Source: Candidatus Dojkabacteria bacterium (GTDB lineage Bacteria > Patescibacteriota > Dojkabacteria > SC72). From it: a DNA stretch of 64,000 bases. The stretch covers positions 167,995-231,994 of the forward strand of contig JAGPFQ010000001.1 in assembly GCA_018056375.1 (NCBI GenBank), written 5' to 3'. Positions 47,420-57,353 of this stretch are shown one piece after another. Made by a program: the position numbers and the translations under genes. The number at the start of each line of letters is the position of its first letter. Within the stretch, counting starts at the first letter, position 1. The notes beneath the pieces were generated by a model, which was not told the origin of the DNA, searched no databases, and saw only the letters and a program-made list of their open reading frames with translations.

Positions 47420-48187
47420 ATGATAATCCAAAATGATAGAGAAGAAAATTTAATTACAGAAGCAGCTAAGATATCAGTAGAGATACTATCTAAGCTTGGA
47501 GATATGGTTAAGGAAGGTGTTACACCTCTTGAGATTGATGAATATGCTGGAGAGCTCTGTAGAGAGTACAAGGTACATCCTAGTTTTAAGAGAGTTAAAG
47601 ACTATTACCATAATACTTGTATCTCTGTTAATGATGTAGCTGTACATGGTATTCCTAAGGATATTCCTCTTAAGAAAGGAGATTTAGTATCTATTGATTT
47701 TGGAATTGTATACAAAAAGATGTATACAGACCATTGTTGGACATGGTGTGTAGGTAAGGCAGATGAAAAGAAGATGAAATTACTTCTTGCTGGTAGAAAA
47801 GCAGTTGAAAATGCTATACCTAAAGCTGTAGTAGGTAACAGAACAGGTGATTTAGGTTATGAAATGGAGAGAGAAGCTTTAAGGAATGGTTTTAATACAT
47901 TAAGTATTTATGTAGGACATGGTATTGGTAAGAGTTTACATGAATATCCAGAGATACCTGCATTTGGTAAAAGAGGTACAGGCTCTCTCCTAGAGGATGG
48001 TATGGTTATCTGCATAGAGTGTCAGGTTGTAGATGATGTTGATGATGTTAATATTGGTGAAGATAATTGGAGTGCAAGGACTATTAATGGTGGTAATTCT
48101 GTTATGTTTGAATATATGGTTATTGTTAGAAAAGATTCCCCTACTATACTTACTAATACTCTTGATTGGGGTGTGGAGAAGGTATAG
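47420..48187 (+). CDS. map: methionine aminopeptidase type I
   Basis: pita-bread fold metal-ligand motifs (D...D...HGIG...E...E). Confidence 0.9.
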   Translation: MIIQNDREENLITEAAKISVEILSKLGDMVKEGVTPLEIDEYAGELCREYKVHPSFKRVKDYYHNTCISVNDVAVHGIPKDIPLKKGDLVSIDFGIVYKKMYTDHCWTWCVGKADEKKMKLLLAGRKAVENAIPKAVVGNRTGDLGYEMEREALRNGFNTLSIYVGHGIGKSLHEYPEIPAFGKRGTGSLLEDGMVICIECQVVDDVDDVNIGEDNWSARTINGGNSVMFEYMVIVRKDSPTILTNTLDWGVEKV

Positions 48188-48362
48188 GTTGCTTTTATTT
48201 ATCATTTCATGGTATAATACTATAGGATTGTAAAAGATCCTAAACTGCTCATTAATAATAGATTCATTTATTCCTCAACTCCCGTTTTTATCCTACACAT
48301 AGGTCTTAATATGTGTATTTAGGTTTGTGTGTAGGATAAAAAACAAATAAAAGGAGAAGAAA

Positions 48363-48581
48363 ATGAAAAAAAATAAAACCCAAGGGGAAAACCCTTGGAC
48401 AATAGTAGTCCTTGTGGCGATTTTATTCGCCCATGGACTCCAAGATCTCTATATATTGTATGAAGGCGAGCCTTCATTAGTCTTCTCAATTTTGAAGTAC
48501 ATTTTATTGTTTGTTCTCTCTATCAAAATCCTATTATGGGTCAACAAGGTAGGGGCAAAAGAAAAGGAGGAAAAAGAATAA
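48363..48581 (+). CDS. small 2-TM membrane protein
   Basis: 72 aa; strong AAAAGGAG ribosome-binding site; two hydrophobic helices; KEKEEKE tail. Confidence 0.35.
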   Translation: MKKNKTQGENPWTIVVLVAILFAHGLQDLYILYEGEPSLVFSILKYILLFVLSIKILLWVNKVGAKEKEEKE

Positions 48582-48592
48582 GTCTATTATAA

Positions 48593-48678
48593 GTAGCCGA
48601 GACAGGTATGTATAAATAAAGTTTTTGTATTTTTAATAATACTTAAACCGAATTTTACACTAGTACCTGTCTCGCTAC
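48593..48678. repeat. long inverted repeat (15-16 bp perfect stem, ~55-nt AT-rich loop)
   Basis: GTAGCCGAGACAGGTA ... TACCTGTCTCGCTAC. Confidence 0.6.
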
Positions 48679-48747
48679 GACTCCCCATATAACCAACATC
48701 TATGCTAAAATACATCTGTCTAAGTTGTATTTAAAACATATATAAAA

Positions 48748-49671
48748 ATGAAAAACCTCTATGATATAGCCATAATCGGAACAGGACCAGCAGGACTAAG
48801 TGCAAGCATATATTCAAGTAGATACAAACTAAAAAATATTGTATTTGGTAAAACACCAGGAGGTACTATTACAGAAGGTCATAAAATATGTAACTATCCC
48901 GGATATGAAGAAATTACTGGTATGGAATTAGGTATGAAGATGTATAACCATGCTAAAAAGGAAGGTGGAGAGATAGTTAATGAAAGTATTGTTGATATTA
49001 AGAAGGATGGTGATATATTCAAACTAACTTCTGATAATGAGAAGGTGTACGAAGCTAAAACAGTCATACTAGCTACAGGTACAGATAGGAATAAATTAGC
49101 TATACCAGGTGAAGATAAATACTTAGGAAAAGGAGTATCATACTGTGCTACATGTGATGGTATGTTTTACAGAGGTAAGACAGTTGGAGTAATTGGAGGT
49201 AGTAGTGCTGCAACTATGGCTGCTGTAATGCTCTCTGATATTGCTGAGAAGGTATATATTATCTACAGAGGTAATGAGCTAAGAGGAGAACCTGCATGGG
49301 CTTCTCAAGCACAAGAGAAAGAGAATATTGAAATTATATATCAAACCCTATTGACTGAACTTAATGGTAATGGACGATTAGAGGGGGTAAAGCTTTCTAA
49401 GCCTTACAATGGCTCTGAGAGCCTTAAATTAGATGGTATTTTCATAGAGATTGGTTCTGAGCCTAATATCACTCTTCCATTAGAGATGGGTGTTAAGGTA
49501 GATGACCATAACTATATTGTTGTAGATCAAGAACAAAAAACAAATATGGAGGGTATATGGGCTGCAGGAGACTGTACTACAAATTCAAACTATCTAAAAC
49601 AGGCTGTCACAGCTGCAAGTGAAGGTGCAGTTGCTGCAAACTCCATATATATGTACCTCAAACAATCTTAG
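48748..49671 (+). CDS. trxB: thioredoxin reductase
   Basis: GTGPAG FAD motif; CATC redox-active disulfide; NADPH GGSSAA motif. Confidence 0.9.
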   Translation: MKNLYDIAIIGTGPAGLSASIYSSRYKLKNIVFGKTPGGTITEGHKICNYPGYEEITGMELGMKMYNHAKKEGGEIVNESIVDIKKDGDIFKLTSDNEKVYEAKTVILATGTDRNKLAIPGEDKYLGKGVSYCATCDGMFYRGKTVGVIGGSSAATMAAVMLSDIAEKVYIIYRGNELRGEPAWASQAQEKENIEIIYQTLLTELNGNGRLEGVKLSKPYNGSESLKLDGIFIEIGSEPNITLPLEMGVKVDDHNYIVVDQEQKTNMEGIWAAGDCTTNSNYLKQAVTAASEGAVAANSIYMYLKQS

Positions 49672-49878
49672 AGGTCTGGCCTAGGTCTGCCCCACGGTAA
49701 GAAAATTTTAATCTCAAGGTTTGTGCACATGCCAAAAGGTTTCCTAGCCCTCGGCTTTGGTAGACTATCCATCTTACAAGTCCAGACACAGGAACACACA
49801 CCTCAAAAAGGTTTGTAAGAAGTGAAGATGTTGAACTTATTAAAAAGTTCTGAACAAAGGCCAGACCTAGGTCAGGCC
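49672..49878. repeat. palindrome-bounded intergenic repeat element, copy B (related to 559..739)
   Basis: terminal inverted repeats GGTCTGGCCTAGGTCTGCC (49673-49691) and GGCCAGACCTAGGTCAGGCC (49859-49878); interior AAGGTTTGT motifs; inserted exactly between two convergent stop codons. Confidence 0.5.
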
Positions 49879-50360
49879 TGTTGTGAGTTTACAAAATCAA
49901 CCCATTCTTGTAGATAGTTGGAGCTAGACCAATATTTGGGATCTCCCACATTAAATTCAATTCTTCCACCATTTTTTTCAATCGTATCATACTCCGGAAT
50001 ATCTTCTCTTGCTGCTCTATCACCACCTTTAGTAAAAACATCTGGTTTGATAATATCTACAGCTTCAATACAATCATTTTTTGTTGGGTGATTGTAAATA
50101 ACAACATAGTCTACACCTTTAATTCCATCAACTATCCTTGCTCTGTCTAACTCTGCCATGAATGCTTTACCCTTTTTAGTAACAGCTCTTTGATCTCCAT
50201 CAACAATTACAACTAAAACATCTCCAAACTTCTTAGATTCCATTATATATGACACATGTCCTGGGTGGATTGGATCAAAAAAACCTGATGCGGCTACAAT
50301 CTTCTTACCTTTTAACTTCTCTTCCCTTAACTTAGGGAAATCTTCTAGGGGTATAATCAT
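49872..50360 (-). CDS. cytidylyltransferase-family nucleotidyltransferase (HldE domain II / TagD-like)
   Basis: GFFDPIHPGHVSY HxGH motif; KGGD motif. Confidence 0.65.
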   Translation of the reverse strand: MIIPLEDFPKLREEKLKGKKIVAASGFFDPIHPGHVSYIMESKKFGDVLVVIVDGDQRAVTKKGKAFMAELDRARIVDGIKGVDYVVIYNHPTKNDCIEAVDIIKPDVFTKGGDRAAREDIPEYDTIEKNGGRIEFNVGDPKYWSSSNYLQEWVDFVNSQQA

Positions 50361-50555
50361 ATTAAAATATTTACAACTTAATTAGATATCTTACCTACCC
50401 TACTCTCAATTGTCAAAATTTTGTAATGAAGCTTATAACATTTTTCTCTTTTGTTGTTTCTGTTGAATTGACGAATATAGTTTAATTTGGATGAAAATTA
50501 TCATACTATAAGTCGTTGACCAACCACAACAGGTTGGGTTATGGTTTATCACATA

Positions 50556-50571
50556 ACACAATATGTTGTAT
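50556..50571 (+). promoter_or_regulatory. putative NrdR box upstream of nrdR-nrdDG
   Basis: ACACAATATGTTGTAT, a near-palindrome resembling the NrdR-box consensus acaCwAtATaTwGtgt; adjacent palindrome CCAACCACAACAGGTTGG at 50521-50538. Confidence 0.4.
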
Positions 50572-50578
50572 GTAAAGT

Positions 50579-51025
50579 ATGAAATGTCCTTTTTGTGAAT
50601 GTCAAATTACAAAAGTTGTAGATAAGAGGGATAACAACGAAGAGAACTCGACAAGAAGGAGAAGGCAATGTCTAAGATGTAACAAGAGATTTACAACATA
50701 TGAGAGATTGGAGAAGTTGGATATTAGTGTTGAAAAGAAAGATGGCTCTTTAGAAAAATTTGATATACAGAAGGTAGTAAAAGGTATTAAAAAGGCTGTT
50801 GATTTGGATAAGGTTACTGAAGAGGAGATATCTCTTTTTGCAGAGGAGATAGAGAGGTTTGTATTTAACAGTGAGGAGATTGTAAAGACTAAAGATATTG
50901 GACTTAAAACTTTGGAATGGTTGAAGGATAAGGATCCTCTTGCATATATAAGATTTGCTTCTGTATACAAGGAGTTTGAGAATTTAGATGATATTAAAAA
51001 AGAAATAAAAGAACTAGAGAATTAA
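50579..51025 (+). CDS. nrdR: transcriptional repressor NrdR
   Basis: CPFC...CLRC zinc ribbon plus ATP-cone. Confidence 0.9.
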   Translation: MKCPFCECQITKVVDKRDNNEENSTRRRRQCLRCNKRFTTYERLEKLDISVEKKDGSLEKFDIQKVVKGIKKAVDLDKVTEEEISLFAEEIERFVFNSEEIVKTKDIGLKTLEWLKDKDPLAYIRFASVYKEFENLDDIKKEIKELEN

Positions 51026-51042
51026 ATTTACTGTCTAAAAAC

Positions 51043-53127
51043 ATGCCCGACAAAAAAAGAGTTTCTGTAAAGAATAAAAAGCCTCTACAAGTTGAGAAAC
51101 GAGATGGTAGGATTGTTGATTTTAGTAGAGAGAGAATTGTAAGTGGGATATTTAAAGCTGCTGAGAGTGTTGGTGGTAAGGATAGAGAGAGAGCTGAGGA
51201 GGTAGCTGATGAGGTAATTAAAAGAATTAACGAGAAGTTTAAAGGTGTTGTAAAGACTAAAGATATTGGAGAGATTGTTATCGAGACTTTGCTAGATATG
51301 GGACACGGTAAGACTTCTGTTGCTTTTAATCTTTTTGTTGATTTAAGAAACAAAGTTAAGAATATTAAGTCTTTGATAGATGTTAACTCTCTTATTAATG
51401 ATTATATTGACAAGTCGGATTGGCAGGTTAATGAGAACAGTAGTAAGTCTTACTCATGGCAAGGTTTAAACTACTATATCTCTACTGCTATTCAATCTAA
51501 CTATTGGCTTCATAGTATATATCCTAAGGAGATTTCCAATGCAAATATTAACAAGGATTTACATATTCATGATTTAGGGATGTTAGCTACATATTGTTGT
51601 GGTTGGAGTTTGGAAGATTTGTTACTAAAAGGGTTTACAGGTGTTCCTGGTAAAATTTCTTCTGCACCTCCTAAACATTTTAGTACAGCTCTTGGTCAGT
51701 GTGTAAACTTTCTTTATACTCTTCAGCACGAGGCTGCAGGTGCCCAGGCATTCTCCAGTTTTGATACATATCTTGCTCCTTTTATTAGATATGACAAGCT
51801 TTCCTACAAAGAAGTGAAGCAAAAGATGCAGGAGTTCCTATACAATATGAATGTACCTACTAGAGTTGGTTGTCAGACTCCATTTACTAATATAACTATG
51901 GATTTGATCCCCAGTGGTGAATTAGCAGAGCAAGGTGTAATTATTGGAGGTAAAGTCCAGAAAGAGAAGTACAAGGATTTCCAGAAAGAGATGGGGATGC
52001 TTAACAAAGCATTCTGTGAGATTATGGTTGAAGGAGATGCTCAAGGGAGACTCTTCTCTTTCCCTATTCCAACTTACAATATAACTAAGGACTTTGATTG
52101 GGATAATCCAGACTATGAACCTATTTGGGATATGACTGCTAAGTACGGAATACCTTATTTCTCAAACTTCATTAATTCTGACATGAGTCCTGATGACGCA
52201 AGAAGTATGTGTTGCAGGTTAAGACTTGATAATAGGGAGTTGAGAAAGAGAGGAGGTGGACTATTTGGAGCAAATCCTTTGACAGGTAGTATTGGTGTTG
52301 TAACAATCAATCTTCCTAGAATTGGTTTCTTAGCTAAAGATAAGAAGGATTACTTTAAAAGGTTAGATGATTTGATGGATCTTGCAAAAGAAAGTCTGAT
52401 AATTAAGAGGAGCTTCATTGAAAAATATGCAGATAAAGGTCTTTATCCATACTCCAAATTCTACCTTGCAGACATTAAGAAGAGGTTTGGAGAGTACTAT
52501 AAGAATCACTTTAATACAATTGGTATTCTTGGTCTTAATGAGTCCTTAATTAATTTCTTTGGTGATACAAAGAAAGATATTACCTCTAAGGAAGGAAGAA
52601 GGTTCGGTCTTGAGATTATGGAACATATGAGAGATAGGCTTAAGGATTATCAGAACGAAACAAATGAGTTATTTAATCTAGAGGCAACACCAGGAGAAAG
52701 TACTACATACAAGTTTGCAAAAGCTGACAAAAAGAAATTTGGAGATGCAATTATTACAGCTGCGGATATAGGTGTTCACAAAGGTAAGAATATTGAGCCT
52801 TACTATACTAATAGCTCTCAGTTAGCAGTCGGTGCTACAGATGATATTTTTGAGGCTTTGGAAATCCAAGATGATTTTCAAACTGCCTATACAGGAGGTA
52901 CGGTACAGCATATATATGTTGGTGAAAGAATATCTTCAACTGAGGCTGTGAAGAATTTAGTAAGAAAAGTTGCTGAGAATTACAAGCTACCCTATTTTTC
53001 ATTGACTCCTACATTTAGTGTTTGTCCTAAACATGGGTATATTTCTGGAGAACATAAGTACTGTCCTAAGTGTGATGCAGAAGTTGGTTACAAAGAAGGT
53101 ATGCCGTTTAATGAGAAGTTTAATTAA
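51043..53127 (+). CDS. nrdD: anaerobic ribonucleoside-triphosphate reductase
   Basis: N-terminal ATP-cone; C-terminal glycyl-radical region and CxxC zinc site (CPKHG...CPKCD). Confidence 0.9.
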   Translation: MPDKKRVSVKNKKPLQVEKRDGRIVDFSRERIVSGIFKAAESVGGKDRERAEEVADEVIKRINEKFKGVVKTKDIGEIVIETLLDMGHGKTSVAFNLFVDLRNKVKNIKSLIDVNSLINDYIDKSDWQVNENSSKSYSWQGLNYYISTAIQSNYWLHSIYPKEISNANINKDLHIHDLGMLATYCCGWSLEDLLLKGFTGVPGKISSAPPKHFSTALGQCVNFLYTLQHEAAGAQAFSSFDTYLAPFIRYDKLSYKEVKQKMQEFLYNMNVPTRVGCQTPFTNITMDLIPSGELAEQGVIIGGKVQKEKYKDFQKEMGMLNKAFCEIMVEGDAQGRLFSFPIPTYNITKDFDWDNPDYEPIWDMTAKYGIPYFSNFINSDMSPDDARSMCCRLRLDNRELRKRGGGLFGANPLTGSIGVVTINLPRIGFLAKDKKDYFKRLDDLMDLAKESLIIKRSFIEKYADKGLYPYSKFYLADIKKRFGEYYKNHFNTIGILGLNESLINFFGDTKKDITSKEGRRFGLEIMEHMRDRLKDYQNETNELFNLEATPGESTTYKFAKADKKKFGDAIITAADIGVHKGKNIEPYYTNSSQLAVGATDDIFEALEIQDDFQTAYTGGTVQHIYVGERISSTEAVKNLVRKVAENYKLPYFSLTPTFSVCPKHGYISGEHKYCPKCDAEVGYKEGMPFNEKFN

Positions 53128-53288
53128 ATTATTATTTTAACTGCCATGGAAAAGGTAGAAAGACAAAGATGTGAGGTGTATTCTAGAGTTGTTGGGTATA
53201 TTAGACCAATCTCTCAGTGGAATATTGGTAAACAAGCCGAATGGTCTGATAGAAAGATGTTTAAAGTTTGCGGATGTAATTAAAGAAT

Positions 53289-53984
53289 ATGCCTAAAATT
53301 GGTGGTTTAGAGAAAGTATCTTTGCTTGATTATCCAGGCAAGGTATCAACGATTCTCTTTACTTATGGTTGTAATTTAAAATGTTCTTTTTGTCATAATC
53401 CAGAGTTAGTTATACACCCTCTGGATAGTGATATCGAGATTAAAGAAGAAGAGTTATTCCATTATCTTAAAGGAAGGAAAGGTTTGATTGATGCTGTTGT
53501 GATAACAGGAGGAGAACCTCTAATATGGAAGGATATCGATTTACTTATAGAGAGAATTAGGGAGATGGGTTTTCTAATTAAACTTGATACTAATGGTTTT
53601 TTTCCAAAAGAATTAAAACAGTTACTTAAAAAAGGACTATTAGATTACATAGCAATGGATGTTAAGTGGTCTAAAGATGATTATACAAAGTTTAGTGGTG
53701 ATAAAAAGGCTGTTGAGAAAGTTAAGAAATCAATTGAGATTATTATGAACTCAGGAATAGATTATGAGTTTAGAACGACCTTTGTAAAAGGAATACATAC
53801 TATTGAAGATGGAGAAAAGATTACTTCAATGATTAAAGGGGCTAAAAAATATTATATTCAGAATTTTAGATCAGGCAAAACAATAGACAAGACCTTAGAT
53901 AGTTCAAACTCTTTTACTGTAGAAGAGCTCAAAAATATTCTACGAGGTGCTAAAAAACATGTTAAAAACAGTTACATTAGATAG
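53289..53984 (+). CDS. nrdG: anaerobic RNR activating protein (radical SAM)
   Basis: CNLKCSFCHN CxxxCxxC motif. Confidence 0.85.
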   Translation: MPKIGGLEKVSLLDYPGKVSTILFTYGCNLKCSFCHNPELVIHPLDSDIEIKEEELFHYLKGRKGLIDAVVITGGEPLIWKDIDLLIERIREMGFLIKLDTNGFFPKELKQLLKKGLLDYIAMDVKWSKDDYTKFSGDKKAVEKVKKSIEIIMNSGIDYEFRTTFVKGIHTIEDGEKITSMIKGAKKYYIQNFRSGKTIDKTLDSSNSFTVEELKNILRGAKKHVKNSYIR

Positions 53985-54627
53985 CAGGGTTTTCTAGAAC
54001 CTTCACAACCTTTCCATTTATTAAAATGTCTGTATTCTTATCTATATATATTGGTGTGTTTGCTGGGTTACTAGAGTCAGGATAGAGAACAATCATATCT
54101 CTCCCTCTCTTAAACCTCTTTATTGTAGCACAGTTATCTATAATTGCCACTACAATATCACCGTCATCAAAATCGGCATCCTTCTCAACAACAACATACT
54201 TACCATTCTTTAAAGTATGACCGTCTATCACTGCTTGATCCATAGAATCTCCCTTAATAATTAACGAGAAAAGATTTCTCCTCTTTCCTAAAATATTTTT
54301 ATCTATTTTTAATACACCCATATTCTCTTCCTCAGCACTTACCATTGGAATACCAGCATTTGCATAACCAAGAATTGGTACACCTACTAAGTAGTCGTAT
54401 ACTATCTCATCATCATTTTCTGCCATATGTATACCCCTAGGTTGGCTTGTTCTAAAAATATATCCTTTTTTCTCTAAAGCATCTAGGTGAACAACTACTC
54501 CTCTCTTTGTTGTTATGCCTAATTCATCCTTAAGTTCATTCAGAGAAGGAGCAACACCTTGCTCTAAATAGTATCGTTTAATTATTCCTAAAACAGCCTC
54601 TTGTTTCTTTGTGAGTATACTGTCCAT
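53977..54627 (-). CDS. lexA: LexA repressor
   Basis: N-terminal winged HTH; S24 peptidase with GDSM serine and downstream KR. Confidence 0.85.
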   Translation of the reverse strand: MDSILTKKQEAVLGIIKRYYLEQGVAPSLNELKDELGITTKRGVVVHLDALEKKGYIFRTSQPRGIHMAENDDEIVYDYLVGVPILGYANAGIPMVSAEEENMGVLKIDKNILGKRRNLFSLIIKGDSMDQAVIDGHTLKNGKYVVVEKDADFDDGDIVVAIIDNCATIKRFKRGRDMIVLYPDSSNPANTPIYIDKNTDILINGKVVKVLENPAI

Positions 54628-54812
54628 TTTTGTAAAACATAATTTTAATATATACCCAGTATACCCTTCTTAGGAACCATTGCAAGTACTTATAGTATAT
54701 TAAATAATCACAGTAAAAGCTCATATAGCCTTCTTGTACAGTGGCTATACCATTGAGGTAACCTTCTATGATATACTAGTATTATTAATTTATTTTATTT
54801 ACTCAAACTTAT

Positions 54813-55148
54813 ATGGCAGAAGTAAAAAATGCTAAAAAGGTCTATACACTAGACGAAATAAAGTTCAAGGAAGAGAATAAGACAATAAGTATTCTCTCTT
54901 GGATTTTTATTGTAGGTCTAATAATGTTCTTTGTAGAAAAGGAAGATAGTTTTGTAAGATATGTTGGAGCACAAGCAGCTATAATGGGGCTTTTCAGTAT
55001 GCTTACATTTATCCCTATAATTGGTTGGTTATTAGGTCCAATAGCTTTTGTTTGTATGATTATTGGAATGGTTAAGACTGCTAAAGGTGAGAGATTTGAT
55101 GTTCCTCTAGTATCAGACCTTGCACTTAAAGCTATGGCAGCTCTTTAA
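54813..55148 (+). CDS. DUF4870-family small membrane protein
   Basis: FVRYVGAQAA and IPIIGWLLGP...KGERF motifs. Confidence 0.5.
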   Translation: MAEVKNAKKVYTLDEIKFKEENKTISILSWIFIVGLIMFFVEKEDSFVRYVGAQAAIMGLFSMLTFIPIIGWLLGPIAFVCMIIGMVKTAKGERFDVPLVSDLALKAMAAL

Positions 55149-55233
55149 ACTATATTTTAGTAGAAATTGAGGGGAGAGTGATCTCCCCTTTTTATTGTCA
55201 ATCATTCTTAATATATGATAGAATGACAAAGCT

Positions 55234-55310
55234 CGGGGAGTAGTTCAGATGGCTAGAACGCTGCATTTGGGATGCAGAGGTCGCAGGTTCAAGTCCTGTC
55301 TCCCCGACCA
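55234..55310 (+). tRNA. tRNA-Pro (TGG)
   Basis: cloverleaf with acceptor CGGGGAG/CTCCCCG, anticodon loop TTTGGGA, T-loop TTCAAGT, CCA encoded. Confidence 0.85.
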
Positions 55311-55345
55311 AATAGACTTTTCATCTATGTTATAATTCTTTTAAT

Positions 55346-56248
55346 ATGATACTACACTACATTGTTAACTATTTTATTAACTACACCTCATTTCTCCTAC
55401 TAATTACCCCTATTCTACTTTTTCTTCTCTACTCAAAGATTAAAGACAAGTTTACAAATAAACCTCTTTTTAAAATAGTTGTAATTTTTCTTTTCCTAAT
55501 CAATTTTCTGTTAATCTATGCAAGATTTGTAGAACCAAATATTATAGTAGAGAAACAAACAAGTATTGAAACAGGATTTAAAGCTAAAATAGTACTCATA
55601 TCAGACCCTCATATTGGTGCATATAACTCAACAAGGTTTTTAGAGAGAGTTATTGAGAAAGTTAATAATATAGATGATGCAGATTTTGTAGTAATAGCTG
55701 GAGATATTACATATTATCCAATAGGGGATTTAACTACTCTACTCTCTCCTTTTAAAAATCTTAAGAGACCCGCATACGCAGTTTTAGGTAATCATGACAG
55801 TCAAGCCCCAGGACCATATATCGAGAAAGAATTAAAGGAAGCATTAGAAAAAAATAATGTGATATTCTTAAAGAATGAAGATCTGTATCTTGAAGATTTA
55901 AATATACATGTTGTAGGTTTAGGCGATCTTTTAGCTGAGGAGGTGGACACCAAAAAGTTAGACGAGTTTAAAGATGTAGAAAATTTATTAGTAATAGCTC
56001 ACTCACCAGACACTGTTTATTCATATGAGGATATTAAACCTGATTTAACACTCTCTGGTCATACACATGGAGGACAGATTCGTATTCCTTTTATATATAA
56101 ATATTTTATACCTACTAAATATGGTTTTGACGAAGGGTTTTATGAAACTGAGAAAGGAAAAGTATATGTGTCTTCAGGACTAGGTATGACTGGATTGCCC
56201 TTTAGACTTGGTATTCCTTCTGTTATTGATATTATTGAGACTTACTAG
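55346..56248 (+). CDS. membrane-anchored metallophosphoesterase (calcineurin-like)
   Basis: DPH, GDITYY, GNHD, GHTHGGQ motifs. Confidence 0.75.
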   Translation: MILHYIVNYFINYTSFLLLITPILLFLLYSKIKDKFTNKPLFKIVVIFLFLINFLLIYARFVEPNIIVEKQTSIETGFKAKIVLISDPHIGAYNSTRFLERVIEKVNNIDDADFVVIAGDITYYPIGDLTTLLSPFKNLKRPAYAVLGNHDSQAPGPYIEKELKEALEKNNVIFLKNEDLYLEDLNIHVVGLGDLLAEEVDTKKLDEFKDVENLLVIAHSPDTVYSYEDIKPDLTLSGHTHGGQIRIPFIYKYFIPTKYGFDEGFYETEKGKVYVSSGLGMTGLPFRLGIPSVIDIIETY

Positions 56249-56258
56249 ATTATTCAGA

Positions 56259-57353
56259 TTACCAATCTGTTGTATGTCCTTTCAGCTTTGTTCTAATTGT
56301 TGAGTAGATATAGTAAAGATAATACTTCACTTTGTTTAATGGATAATCTCTACTATGCATATATGTTACTTTTGTACCTCCTAGACTTCTCTTAAACTCA
56401 CTGACACCTCTCCATGGATGCTTTTTGTTTTCAAAACTATTGGGTACAACTCCACCAAATAAATCATATGTCTTCAGTCCTAATTCTTTTCCTAATTCTA
56501 AACTCCTCCAGAAAAGTAAAGTTGTTACCATTAAGTTATTCAATCTAAAATCTGTTGATGCTCCTGCTTGGTATAAATGCATATTCTCACCATACACTGT
56601 ATTTTGCCATATTGAGAAAGGTTTTCCTTCATAATAGGCAGTAACCATATAACACATACCCCTACTCTGTTGTTCTTCCAATTCTTTCATTAGAAGTTTT
56701 GTAGGCTTATCTACATAGCCTTTAAACTTAACTGTCTCATCATGAAATCTTGCAAAATCATCAAACACTTCCTTTCCTGTTAATATCTTCACAATAACAT
56801 CTTTGTTCTCAAGGAGTCTATTTAATAAATTCCTCCTTGTTTTGTTCATCTCTCTTCTTAATTCCTCCAATGTTTTACTTAAATCCATCTGTTGAGAGAT
56901 TAAAGCGTCCACATTGTGTGTAGGGGCTTTGATAAATCCGTTTTCTTCATAGAATTCTGCTAATAGTTCATTCTCTGTTAATAAAGGAGAGAACCTAAAC
57001 ATAAAACAACTGTTTTCTTTAGCAAGATTTTTAAGAAATTCAGTAACTTCTCCCCATTCTTCTTTTGTTCCGTCTAATAACATGGGTGAGTGTTTGCATT
57101 CTAGAAATTTACCAAAAAGTTTTGAATTACCAATATTACCAGTAATGATTCCTTTTAACTCATCTTTCTTAAATATTGCATACCTAAATGTATCAACTCC
57201 TACATTCTTATTGTAGGTATATCTTGCACTACTATTAAGAAATGAATATTTGGGCATAGCAAAAACATAGCTATCCCACTCTTTATCATCTTCAACCTGT
57301 TTAAATGTTAATTCCATTTGTTGAATATTTATCAATTTAGATTTCTTTACCAA
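56259..57353 (-). CDS. FemAB-family (Acetyltransf_6) aminoacyl/peptidyl transferase-like protein
   Basis: C-terminal YQAGAS...LLFWRSLELGKELGLKTYDLFGG resembles the FemABX core. Confidence 0.55.
   Translation of the reverse strand: MVKKSKLINIQQMELTFKQVEDDKEWDSYVFAMPKYSFLNSSARYTYNKNVGVDTFRYAIFKKDELKGIITGNIGNSKLFGKFLECKHSPMLLDGTKEEWGEVTEFLKNLAKENSCFMFRFSPLLTENELLAEFYEENGFIKAPTHNVDALISQQMDLSKTLEELRREMNKTRRNLLNRLLENKDVIVKILTGKEVFDDFARFHDETVKFKGYVDKPTKLLMKELEEQQSRGMCYMVTAYYEGKPFSIWQNTVYGENMHLYQAGASTDFRLNNLMVTTLLFWRSLELGKELGLKTYDLFGGVVPNSFENKKHPWRGVSEFKRSLGGTKVTYMHSRDYPLNKVKYYLYYIYSTIRTKLKGHTTDW

Noticed and set aside
47341-47571. Minus-strand 76-aa ORF overlapping the map start region
   Set aside because: It is antisense to map and its upstream region, is low complexity, and is likely spurious.
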